A stretch of DNA of 54,391 nucleotides, the filler included, from Sphacelaria rigidula (taxonomy: Eukaryota), in the NCBI GenBank assembly GCA_964200075.2. It is 3 parts of 3 records of this genome, joined end to end, with 100 filler letters (N's around TTAATTAATTAA, not from the genome) between each part and the next. Parts side by side here need not be neighbours in the genome. Positions count along the whole stretch, not along the records: positions 1 to 18,066 come from CAXNAA020000925.1; positions 18,167 to 36,229 come from CAXNAA020000926.1; 1 more part is not named here. One strand, given 5' to 3'. The notes below the pieces were generated by a model, which worked only from the letters and a program-made list of their open reading frames with translations, was not told the origin of the DNA and made no database searches. The position numbers and the translations under genes are program-made. Position 1 is the first letter of the stretch, and each line of letters opens with the position of its first letter. This document shows, in pieces, positions 14,201-26,000 of the stretch.

Positions 14201-15424
14201 ACCACTTCGCTTCACGTGGTGAGGTCAGCGTGGGTGCTCCCGAATTGACTTGCGTCCTACATCGTTGCGGCTTTCGCTGTGCCACAGGCGTCCGAGGCTG
14301 CAGCCGCTTACCACGCCCGAGTAGAAGAAGAGCTCAAAGAGAAGGTGCTTTTTCGGCAACAGCTTGACAGCTCGGGGAACCTTCCGGTAGCAGACGAGCG
14401 CAAACAATCTGCGACCCTTCTAGGCAGCACTATGCATTTTCGTGGGGATAAAGTTACAGGTGCCTCTTCCTCTGCGCCGATACTGACCGCATTGGTGTTG
14501 GAACTTGTGGATGTGGGCCAAAGTATCGGAGCGGATGTTGGCAGGAAACACGAGCTAATGCAGGATGCTCAAAGAGTGATGGCCATCAACGGTGAGGACG
14601 TTCAAGCTGTTGCAGACGTTGTGCGAGAGACCTTGCATGTGGCGCACAGCGCCGCACATCGTCAGCAATGTGGTATCGGCGAGAATACTCTCGGCTTCCC
14701 CGCTCACGTGCTGCAAACAGGTCAGCAAATAGATTTGGATGGCGTCATTAATGACACGGTGGGGTCAGACGGAAGCAAAATCGCAACTTTCCTGATCTTG
14801 CTGGCCGAGGTGTGGGCATCGTTGTACTCCCTTTCCCATAGTTGCCAACGCTCTGTCGTGTACTGTCTACAAGGGGGTGGTGCTGCTAAGGCGACAGTCG
14901 CTGGCGTTTATGAGGATCTCGTAGTCCTTGCATCCCTGGCGGTGAAAGCTGTCACGAGTGAGAGCGGGCATTTCCAAGGCATGGCAGGACAACCAGACGA
15001 AGTTACTACGACATATGTGGATTCCGTCGTTTCGAACATGCCCTCGACCATCCCTGCCACTCGTGAATGCCCCCCGTGGTTGCCGGCTCTTGAGCTGATG
15101 TTATGGGGTGCTATCTCTGCCGTGGAGGCGGAGAATACCCTGTTATCGCTTCTTAACGAAGCTAGTAGCGAACAGGCGGAACATTCACGGGCAACACAAT
15201 CTGGTATTCAACAGCCCTTGTTTGGCGCTTTAAATGTGGTCATCACTGCTCTTGTCGAAGGCTACCACAGCCGTGCGGTTCAGGAGATACCGCGTGTATC
15301 GGTAGCCAACGCGTTGGACTGCGCCGTAGATTCACTGGCAACATTCCCTGCAGGTTTATCCGCACGTGGTCGCTATCATCCCATGAATTTGTCGCGAGTT
15401 GCTGCCCGGTTGGCGGTTGTATAA
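2262..15424 (+). CDS. CDAN1: Codanin-1 (CDAN1/Discs lost)-like protein, multi-exon gene
   Basis: Phase-compatible exons: 2262-2345, 2529-~2676/2701, 2954-3078, 3498-3560, 3763-4027, ~4247-4722, 4876-5283, 5490-5677, [small phase 2->0 exon not found], 8176-8279, 8924-9134, 9864-10097, 10320-10544, 10976-11083, 11432-11566, 11736-11846, 12312-13291, 13540-13624, 14288-15424. Peptides match codanin-1 motifs recalled from the animal protein in the correct order: FVVVLLNFLRE, KRRIRPTTVS, LYVHTLLQRLVPNLATEMHL, FPGNQ|EFFYHVVMALDSHVLNRHL, VLAKFLGLLTF, VVPWVADFL, and the Codanin-1_C-like LVESFFHSQPSELQTTADFVVRR. Confidence 0.88.
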
Positions 15425-16921
15425 AGCTGCGGAGGCAGTCGGGACGAAACGACTATGTCCCTCCTACTTCTGATGACACACATCCTTGGGGGGGTCCGTC
15501 CTCGTGTGTGGTGGTTTGTCATGCCTCGCGCGTGTTATATATAGCAGTGTACAACACAGTAGCCGATGCAAGCAAAGGGGGGCATGAGGGGGAGACTTGA
15601 GTGCAGGTATGATGTTACAGACCTTTAAACACTATATCATTGACGGCAGTCGTGGGCAAGACGGAGCACTGTTGTTCTCGATTAATCGGCTGCCTTCGCC
15701 GGCGTCGGGTCAGGTTCGGGAGTGGATCAGCTGACCTCCATGAGGACCCCCACATGAAATTGGCGTTTCAGTTGGTACGTCGGGTTAATCAAATCCAGTC
15801 TATGATTGAGCAATGCCGCGGTGGGGGTGCACTTCTTGCGCAAAATCTTTTCTGGTTCAGGGGCTCCTGACGATTCTAGATGCACAAAAATATGGGTCAG
15901 GGCATCCCCGTTTGCAAATTTCGTCGAGCTATCCCTAGCAACATTGTAATCATCATCCTGATGTACTCTCACATATTTCATGTGTCGTGTTTTGGATAAG
16001 ATAAAAGGGCTGCCAATAATTCTAGCCTCATAAAATATTTGTGCACCTTTACCGTAGCATCACTCGATTTTGAATGCGTTGACGACATTGTCCTCATGTT
16101 TTCGACGACAGAAATCAGTTACTACTTCCTCGTTCCAATTATCAGTATGAAAAATGGCGTTGTCTTGGGCCTTTTCTCGTGTCACATTGATTTCTTTGAC
16201 AGAATTTTTTCGACAGAAAACTTCAGATTGTACATTGTGTTGCACCGAACACAGTACAGAAGTCCAACAGTGTGTAATTCAACAGTGCACTGCAGGTCCC
16301 CAACGCAAAGCAGCAGAGGGAGTGTCGCAGCAGGTGGCTGCTTGTGACGAAATTTTAGCACTCTTCATTGCCCGCCCGCGACGAGATGAGCATACAAATT
16401 GGTGTTGTCTTGGGCCTTATTATTCAATTTTGAGACTTACCTACCGGCAGGGTGCGTTGTGATCGTGTGGGCTATGCGTATGATATCTCATCGATGTCTT
16501 GGGCATCAAAGTCCGTTTTCCACGCTTCTGTATGTAAAATGATCAAGCTCTAGTAACAGCTGCAGCAGCAGCATGACTAGTTGTAGCACAGACAAGACCA
16601 AATTTTATGGCAGCCCATCCCGAATCTGGCGGGACCCGAGTCTGTGCGGAATGGGAGGGGGGCAGATTCGTGAAACTCAGATTCGAGTGTACCCCTGCAC
16701 GGCTTCACAGATTTGTTGAAATCGCTCTTTGCACAAACGGTAATTTTCTGGGCGGGTGTCGTATCACGGTGAAGCCGAAGAAGAGGCCGGCAGGGAATCA
16801 TCTGCCTTCAAGAGCAGCGCCTTACCGTGGTACGCTAGGGTATAATGCAGTGCAGTACACCGCACAAACACCAAACGATCACAGCTTTTTAGTACCCGCC
16901 GACGGCTGGCGGGCAGGCATA

Positions 16922-17814
16922 TGCAACAGATTCATTGGTCATTGTCCAGTCGACTAGTCTCCATGTTTCATACCTTATCATGCTTGGTATCCATCTGTCT
17001 AGCTTGACGTCTGTACAACGTTTTGGGACTAGCATCTCACCAAGCACAGCAGCAATCAGCCTGTTCGCCAATAATACAAGAGCATCTACGCCATTCTTGG
17101 ACTTCGACATCAGAGGCGTTGCTGCTCTTCGTCTAAAGTAAGCTTGATTCGCCTGCAGCTGGTGTTGTCTCGAGCATTCGACATACTGCAGGTGGAGTGC
17201 AGATAACTACATGAACATTACTTGAATCATCTTGCACGCACAGTCACCATCGAGCTTGGTCGGATCCTGGTGCTTGCGTGTCTTTGACGCATGACTGCAA
17301 GGGTTCCTACAGATTGGCACCCTTCACCTCTAGACGTTCACCCTGTGATTCGTGACATGGTGTCCAATCCGAGAATCGAACCCGGGTTTCCACAGTGTCA
17401 TGAATCACGGGGTGAACGTCTAGAGGTGAAGGGTGCCAGTCTATGGGCACCCTCGCAGTCGTGCTTCGAAGACACGCAAGCACCAGGATCCGACCAAGCT
17501 CGATGGTGACTTTGCGTGCAAGATGATTCAAGTGGTGTTCATGTAGTTGCTTGCACTCCACCTGCAGTATGTCGAATGCTCGAGACAACACCAGCTGCAG
17601 GCGAATCAAGCTTACTCTGGACGAAGAGCAGCAACACCTCTGATGTCGAAGTCTAAGAATGGCGTAGATGCTCTTGTATTATCGGCGAACAGGCTGATTG
17701 CTGCTGTACTTGGTGAGATGCTAGTCCCAAAACGTTGTAAAGACATCAGGGTAGACAGACAGATACCAAGCATGATGAAGTATGAAACATAGAGTGACCG
17801 ATGAATATGTAACA
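16922..17814. ncRNA. Long foldback / candidate hairpin-RNA or miRNA precursor locus
   Basis: 16959-17357 is the reverse complement of 17396-17794 (about 92% identity, no indels, manual alignment), with a ~38-nt loop. An outer stem 16922-16941/17795-17814 lies beyond a 17-nt bulge. The inverted repeat is directly visible; RNA function is inferred. Confidence 0.55.
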
Positions 17815-17940
17815 CTCTCCCAGCTTTTCTATAAGGCTGAACAAATTTTATTGAACGGCTGGAATGGCCAGAACAAAAACAAAGCCTGTGCATCATACGC
17901 CTGAAGGTAAAACGAGAAAAACCTGCAAAAACTTGGCACA

Positions 17941-18009
17941 TGTTACAGATTTATTGGTCATTTTCCAGTCGACTAGGTTCCATGTGTCATACTTTGTCAT
18001 GCTTGGTAC
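17941..18009 (+). repeat. Third, partial diverged copy of the foldback outer end
   Basis: tgttacagatttattggtcattttccagtcgactaggttccatgtgtcatactttgtcatgcttggtac resembles 16922-16990. Confidence 0.85.
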
Positions 18010-18066
18010 CTGATGGGCCATACTACATTGTGTGGTTGGATTGAGCTGATAGCCCCCATGTGTCAC

Positions 18067-18166
18067 NNNNNNNNNNNNNNNNNNNNNNNNNNNNNNNNNN
18101 NNNNNNNNNNTTAATTAATTAANNNNNNNNNNNNNNNNNNNNNNNNNNNNNNNNNNNNNNNNNNNN
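18067..18166. other. Assembly gap with artificial TTAATTAATTAA spacer
   Basis: N-run + ttaattaattaa + N-run, 100 nt in total. Confidence 0.97.
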
Positions 18167-18169
18167 GGG

Positions 18170-18237
18170 GCGTACTCATTTGTTGCTTGCCTTAGTCGTT
18201 TGACCATTGACCACGCATCCCTTTCGAGACGGAGCAC
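18170..18237 (+). repeat. 68-bp G-tract-associated dispersed repeat, copy
   Basis: GCGTACTCATTTGTTGCTTGCCTTAGTCGTTTGACCATTGACCACGCATCCCTTTCGAGACGGAGCAC. Confidence 0.9.
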
Positions 18238-19574
18238 ATGGGGTATGGGGGGGGAACGAACCCCGAACTTGCTCGTCACCGTAGATCGAATAGATATCAC
18301 CCGCCCCGCCGTGAAGACGGCAACCAAGGCGTACTCTGGACCAGGGACATTCAAACACAGGGAGAACTCAACTTATTATGTGTTGAGCAGGGCACATTCT
18401 GGTAGCGATGCTGGAAAAAAGTACGTGCAGCTTCAAATAAGTTGCATTGTTCTTGTCCTAGTTCCGACCCTTTCCCTTCTCTTCCATGGGGAGAATGCGT
18501 AGTCTCTAGTGATCAACCATAGTCTTTGGGTGATCAACCATCTCTTCCGCGGTACAACCCCTTAGATTTTGGTATCACGAATTGGATTATGACTAACGCT
18601 CCCACACCGCATCGACTCGCGCGAAATAACTGCTCTCTTCCTACTCGAGTCTTCACGTCATTACTCGTGGAGATCAGATGTTCGTCAGAGAAAAACAAAA
18701 GCATCTACCGGGAGATGAAATCTCGCTCTTCCGCCTTACTTAGTTTCAGTTGCAGCGTCCAACCTGGACCACCGGAGCGCGTACCGTACATGCGAGTTGC
18801 GGTATGCCTGCTCGGGGATCAACAATTTTCTTCCATGGTTTATTCCTGACGGAGACAAACTGAACCTCAAGAATGTGGGAGGGGGCGAGCGAGAACGATC
18901 CGACTTTTGCTTTCATCAACGCATCAGCTCAAACAATCTTCAGACCCGTATACTGTCGATAGACGCGTCACAGTCTCTTCACACAACGTCTCCCCCCAGA
19001 AATTCCTGGCCGTTTCCACAGCATCAGCAGGAAAGTGGAAGGCTGATTACGTCCTCTTGATTCCACTTTGTTGTGAATTTCCGCCTACCGCGTGCCTTAG
19101 GAGCACATGCACCAAATGATACATTTTACCCAGGTGTTGCAGTCGTTGCGAGCCTTTCCTAAATTGTGGTGATAGAAAACGCGGAACAAAGGACCACCAC
19201 CCAACACAGCGACTTTTGCGTGTGATTTGCGATGACTTCTGCCCGTGTTTTGTGAAAGTGTCCGCGATTTCAAAAACGCTTTTGCTGCTGCCGGCGAAAC
19301 ACACGCCCCTGCGATTCGAACGCCATGCTCTTCAAATTGATTTTGCCAGGGCGTGCTACTTCGGCGACATTTTTATCGCAACAAGGACTCGTGAAACTGT
19401 GTATACACTGCACAAATCAAATGGTGGAACATGACATGCTGGATATAACATCGGCAGAATGAGATGAACAGGTGAAACAGCGAAAAAAACAAAAGTAGAG
19501 TCGCGCTGCATTCAAGGGGGGACAAAACAAACATGCAAGCGTGCAAAGCATCTATTATGAAAGATTTACCGTAC

Positions 19575-20084
19575 CTTCAGGCTCTCGAACGGGATTATGC
19601 TCTCAAACGGCGCATGCCTCATCCCGCACAAGTTCGACCACGGCCTAAAAGCAGCGCCGGCTTTGCCCATTTCCTCCGACACCGTGAGTCGATCCACAAA
19701 CTCGCCGAACGGTAACAACGTCCCACCCTCACCGCTCGCGTCGAAAATACTGCCAGGTGCACCCCACGCGCCCGTATTTGTGTCTGTAGCGGCGGCGATG
19801 TCGTTGTCCTTGTCCTTGTTGTTATCATAGTCCTTGTTTTCTTTGTTGTTGGTGCTGCTGCTGCTTAAAGGTTGGCCTTCCCGTGCACGCTTGAGGTCGA
19901 GGTAAGCCGATAGCAGTCGAGTCACGGGGTCGCGCACAACCGCAACCTTCACCCACCCGGATCCATTTTCCGCGTAGATGCGCTCGAGGAGTTCGCGGTT
20001 GGACGTGTCGAGGAGGGCTAGGCCCGATTCGTGGGGGTCAAAGAGCTTTGCCCTGTCGTCGTGAACCGCCCAGTCGTCCAACCC
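19575..20084 (-). CDS. Exon encoding the carbohydrate sulfotransferase (Sulfotransfer_2) 3'-PB region
   Basis: [22 protein letters not shown]...[20 protein letters not shown]...PFGEFV...FRPWSNLCG...[11 protein letters not shown]; lies within ORF 19566..20156; donor gtacgg. Confidence 0.88.
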
Positions 20085-23000
20085 CTTTTTGTTTTCAACG
20101 ATATATGAATGGATGGGGAATTCAAGTACTCGCAGATTAATTTTCCGTGTTAGCACGCTTGTAACTCCGCAGTGAGAAGAAAGTCCAAAAGATGTCCGGT
20201 ACAGCTAATTGCCAGCGCTCGAATGTACCATCATATCAAGCCCTACAAAATGGTCATTGGAAACTAAGGAACGCGTCTTCTGAAGTCCAGAATGTTTGTC
20301 CGTCGACCAGAGCGCATGAACTTCTCCGCAGCCGATATAGGAGAGTATACGGCTGACTTGCCCAGTCGAATGGACTGAGATACACAACAGGGAGGTTGCC
20401 ACCATGCGGTGGTGAGTTGCCCGCCTGGCATGACTGCACTGTGCCGGGGCCTTGTTTGTGATTGGATAAATTGAGTCAACTGCTGCGGATGTACAACAGT
20501 CTAGTCACTGATACATTTGGTCCCTCATCGAAGGGATCTTGGGATTGTTCTGTACACGGGCGTCAAGCAAAAGCTATTGCATGGTTGATTGATACAGTGA
20601 TCACGCCCATTATTGTAATTTGCTCTTCATGTTTCTCTACATCTGGCCTGCTTGGAACTGGGCTTGACATCGAAGCCATACTTTGCCGTGCGCCGAGCCG
20701 ACATTGACGTACCACCTATAGCCCGCGGGTCTGCGCAATACTAGTTGACGGACACTCTCAACCGAAATCGCACTACATTGATCCTTAATACACCCACCAA
20801 GTGTAAATACTTCAAAGTAGAGTAAAGCGAACCTCACGGTATGGGCGTCAGGGGTGCTACCTGACCGTGTCGTGCACGGAGAAGCAACGTCGAAGCGTCG
20901 CTGCAAGCAGAACGTTTCATTCAAGTGCTCCTGGTAGCAACGTGGCACACACATTCACCCCGGGGGCTCAAGGGTGGAACACAAGTCTACATGGTTGTGC
21001 TCACATGTGGTACCCGCATTTCGTGAAAAGCGTGTCGACGGGCGGCCAGTCGAGATTGAACATTGCAATGTTGTGTTCTGTAGGGTGCGATGTTTAGTAC
21101 ACCGCCTGGGGTTTTGACCGAGTATCACCGGTACCAGACAGGTCTGTGCGTTCTGCAAGCCTCACGTACCGGTAGCCGACAGTTCTGTGAGTTCTGGAAA
21201 CCTCACGTACCGGTACCCGATACAGCGCCTGTGATACCTGTACGAAATTAATACCCCTATCCGGAGCACGGGCATGCCCTCGTAAAAATAGCTGGTTGCA
21301 GGTCAGGGTTTCTGTACAACCTCCATACCGTATTCAACAGGTTCCGTAAGATCGTCAAGACTTCCACACGTCGGACGGCTCATGGGCTGCCTGAATACTC
21401 TTTGAAATTGGTGTAGTGGTCCGGATCATGAGCGAGCTCATCTAGTACTTTTGTTTTCACATCCGCTCACAGTAGCGCTGGACGGCAAGCATGCCAACAG
21501 CGGAAAGATAGCGCTGCGGCTACTCAGACCCCACTGTCACTTAATTTGCGTTCTCCGGCAACGGATGTGAGAATCCTCTCGATTAGTTACTCAAGGTATC
21601 TCATGAGATGTCCGACGTGTAAAGACTTCCATACCGGAATACCATACCTCACCGGAAATACTCGTACCCTTCCGAACATAGCCTTGGGTTTGTCTTTCCC
21701 TTCACCCGTCCTCAGAGGAATCTTAAGGGGGTAACGAAAGACCGAAACCAAACCCCAACCCAACTATGCGCAAAACCCTTATAATGTATCGAAGCATGGT
21801 TTTGGAAACATTTTAAGCTCATGTTCTGTACGGTACGATTTCGTTTTACCCGGGGTATGTTCCCGGGATATTACCCGTACTCGACAGGTTCAATGAGTTC
21901 TGTAAGCTTCCCATATCTAAACACGACAGTTCTGCGAACTCTGTGAGCTTCACATACCGGTATCCGACAGCTTTGTACGATCTGCACGAAATTTTTACCT
22001 TTACCTATGGCGCGAGTATAATCTCCTAGTACAATAGACATACCCGGTTGCCGATAGGGGTTTCTTTACAACCCTCAGACCGTACTCGAAAGGTTCTGCA
22101 ACGTCTGAAATAATTCCACACCGGTCCACCCGACAGCTCTACAAGTTCCGTCGGGCTTCCATACAGGTACCCGACGGTTCTGTGAGTTTTGTGAGAAACC
22201 GCATATCCTACCAAACATGCCCGTACCCTACAGAGCACAGCCTTACAACACCGCCCCTACACATATCCGTACCCTACAGAACACAGCCTTACAACGCCGC
22301 CCCTTCCCGTCAACTTGCGGGCCACAGCGACGGCAGACTGCACGGATCAACGACCTTCAACACGGCGTGCCGTTTTTAGTTCTATGGTCATGACGGCACA
22401 CGGCATAAAGTGCTGAGACGAAATATCTCGAACACGAAGACTTGAACACACCCTCCAAACACATATTACATTTTTTAAATGAATTTCACGCCCCCCCCCC
22501 CCGTTCTCGCGACGAGTCCGTTGTCCTCCGCCGTCATGGGCCGTTGACACATGACCAACCCCCGACCGGGGTGCGGCGGACGGTACCACTGCGATATTCT
22601 CAGGTGCAACGAGGATTTCATCTCTGGGTTACTGGTGTGAACGACAAATCTACGAAGAGAGAGGGAATGGTAACCATCGGGATCTAGAGTAAACAAGAAC
22701 CCTAATTTGGCGCTTTGCCTTGTTCCGTATGGTGTTTCCCCCCCGCATCAAGCCACTCGAACGCTCCAAGCCCCCTCCTTGCAACCGACCCCCAAAAGGG
22801 ATATTTTGCGGAAACGTGCCTGGTTTATCCTTCCACGGCGGGTTTGACTCGGAAATGGGAACTTGGCGGATTCCGCAGCCTCGGGATGACTTTTCCACTA
22901 CCCGAGAGGATCCCGACACACACACTACCGCGTTCTGCAGTGGATGCAGTTTCACCTTGAAGCGGTTCGAGGGGTTTCCGCACTCCTTACATTTTGTATT

Positions 23001-26000
23001 TTTTTTTTTTTTTCTTGTGTACGTCTATTATGAAACCACGGCTGGACTCCTGGGAGGTCAGTTAAAGTGGGACAATCAATGAAAGTGGGACAATCACCAA
23101 CAATCGTCAAGTACGCGGAAACGCATCGAACAAACCGGAGGGTATCTGGATTTCGGCCGAAGGGATTTCTAGCGTGTGACCACGAGTAAACTACGACGTC
23201 GACATGGAATGCAAAGATGCTCCACAACCACCCGACAGGGTAGGCAGAGCAGGTCCTTCCGAGGTTGTCCGAACCCGCCTACAGTGGCGAAAACGCCGAC
23301 AAGGCGCTTTTCCGAGAGGGATATGTTCGGAGGACATAGAGCGGCCTCAACCATAATACAGAAACACACCCAGCTCAGTTCGCGCCACACACTGGCGCGC
23401 AAACACTAAACGCGCGAAAACGTACACACCTGCATGCGCTTCGCGAGCATCCTGAACTGCATCGACCCCGTATTGGGCGGCGTGCAGAACAGCAGTTTCT
23501 TTTCCTCGATGACGATCGTTTCTGATTCATACAGCCATTGTTCCCTGCGTGATTTTGTTGTGGGTTCTCGTTGCTGTTACTGGTGGTGGTGGTGTCAACA
23601 TCATCCACTTTTCAAGGGTGCGAAAGGAAACAAACAAGAGCGGAACAGCTGAATGAAAATTGACGGATCGCGGGAGACTTGTTCCACTGCTCGAGGAGGG
23701 GTGCACGGCACGTTCCGGGTTGTACACACTCGCACTACCGTAAAAACGAGCGACACTAATGGCACCTCAATTTTACTTCTCAGGAGCGATGAATCCATGC
23801 TCCACATAACGCGCGTACTACTGGCCACGCCCTACTCCACTACTTCGGGTTCCCCCCCCCCCGTTTTCTTCTTTTCTTGTTCATGTCCTTCGCTATTCTG
23901 TTTCTCCTCTCTTCCTGCGCCGTGATATAGGAGTCATACTTTCAACATTTTCGATTGGAAGCGATTTTTTCAATTCTTCCGGTCACCACGACTCCTCACG
24001 GTTTCTGTTTGATCCCGAACTTTGGGAATAGGCACAAATCAGTACCCGGCACAAGTTCTGAGGAAAAAACCCGACCACGATCAGTTTTGAACGAAATACG
24101 GGCTCCCCGGGGGTCCTACGAGTTTACAGCCCCCGGTTCTCGCTCTCTGATGCTATTCGCTTGACCTAACCGATCCTGATTGTTATGATGAAAAATGATA
24201 TGCCTTCACCTTCCCTATTCTCGATATTCATTGCGCTCAAGCCTAAAAATCGTGTATTTGGGGCTGTATGCGGTCAATAACACCCCCTCGATAAACGAGC
24301 TTTTACACCATATCGTTCCGAAAACCCGAAACTGGGAAATATGTTTCGAGCACGATCTGCTTGTTTGTCAAAGGCCTACCGACCCTAAACCTCTCGAGTG
24401 AAGGTGACAAGTCGTCTGTGAAACAGTTCCGATCCAATGAAGGCCATATTTACAGTCGTACTACGTTATAGTGAGTTTTGTCTCCGTCCTGAGAGTCACT
24501 GCCCCAATAGTGCGGTTTCCAAATAGTTGAATTTCATCATTCCCAGTCTTTCTTCTTGCATAGCCTCCTCACCCGAAGCCCTGGCCGGGACCTGTCGGTG
24601 GTTTCCCCGAGACGGGTGATACTTTTTAGCCTGGCGTTTTCACTCGGTCCGCTTCCTACTGTCCTTTGCATTCTTCCCCTCCTCACGAGGGGCATTCAAC
24701 GAGTTTTTTAATTCATTCACCTTGCGCAAGTCTATATGCGACGGGCAGCCGAGCAATCCATTATTTGTGGTCCTTCCTTGAAGGTCTGCCTACTATTTTC
24801 GGCTTCTTCAGACACTTTCTACGATACCCCCCCCCCCAACAACAAACAGTTCAAAAATGTCCATACAGCGCCTGATGTTTGGGATCAGGCTGCATGAAGC
24901 GCCTCATATTGGCAACATTGGTGAGAACGAACCCAAGCGTGAGAACTCCCAGCTTCTCGTTGTGCTCGGCTTTTCCCATTTCGATTTACGTAAAGATATT
25001 GCCTCCCAAAACCATGCACGTTTCGGGAGGGGGCTATCGTAGAAAGTGTCTTCAGCGGGTATCCCCTTTCACTTACATCAGGTGACACTATCCGGTCAAC
25101 ACGGCTGGATACTCGACGGGATCGGTATATATGCACTAACGAACCGACCAACCAACCGATCATCGCGGCACTGCAAACGCCCTTCAGCAGTATCTGAGCG
25201 TGGTGTACTCGATACCGGTTCGTATCGCTGTATGTGACTGGATAAGAAGTGCAAAAAACAGTACTACGCAATTTTGAGTCGGAGGTTCGGCCTGATCGGA
25301 GAAACAACAGTTGCCTACAGATTGCCTGGCGATTATACTATGCAATCTCAGACGGTGACTAAATGTTGCTTACCGTACGATACCACGACACGTTTGGCAC
25401 CTTTGCTGCCCGTACAGTCGTTCCCCAGACTCGATACTGAAAGTGTCCATTGGTATACGTGGACTGAAATGGGCTGCGTTTTTGGTCTGGGAGGTTATCT
25501 ATTCCTTCGCAAGCATAATGACTTGACCATTTTCGACTCAAGGGAAACGTATGTACAAACAACGCGCACTTTCAACAGCAGCATGACAAAGGCTCGGACG
25601 ATTGGTTCAACGTATCGCACTCAAATGAAAGGATGTCGTACAAAAAACCTCGAGGAATGCAGACTCGAAAAATGAGTTTCACAGAAATCAGCTCGCCAAT
25701 CACTGTCATCATGATTCTCGGTACCTGATCAGGTCGAACAGTGCACGAAACTGGTTTGGCCAACGGCCACAAAGAGTGCAAGCGACACGCACAAGCTCAA
25801 AATAGGGATCAGAGGACGATCCGTTGATAAGTTCTGTCGGAGTACTTGGTATTTGGTGTTCGGTCAGGTCAGGTCAGGTCAAACAGCAAAAACAAAGGGA
25901 GTTTGGCCGCGGCAAATAAAAAAATAAGTGCTTCATTGCGGAAATCAAAAACAGAAGTAACCAACATGCTGACCTCGATTCCTCGGGAACCGGAAACTTA

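Noticed and set aside
16889-17941. Mirror-image ORFs (MSKSKNGVDALV...) in both arms of the foldback
   Set aside because: A by-product of the inverted repeat; stops differ between the arms and no family was recognised.
18111-18122. TTAATTAATTAA palindrome inside N-runs (also at ~36274-36285)
   Set aside because: Artificial six-frame-stop scaffolding spacer, not biological.
21100-22200. CRISPR-like or coding tandem repeats
   Set aside because: The repeats are degenerate, irregularly spaced and enclosed by TIRs in a eukaryotic intron; they are transposon subterminal repeats.
23777-23817. Possible small exon [14 protein letters not shown], phase-compatible with the sulfotransferase exon at 23544
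   Set aside because: Weak splice signals (gtaaaa donor, purine-rich acceptor) and no homology; the 26113-25974 exon fits better. Not formally excluded.
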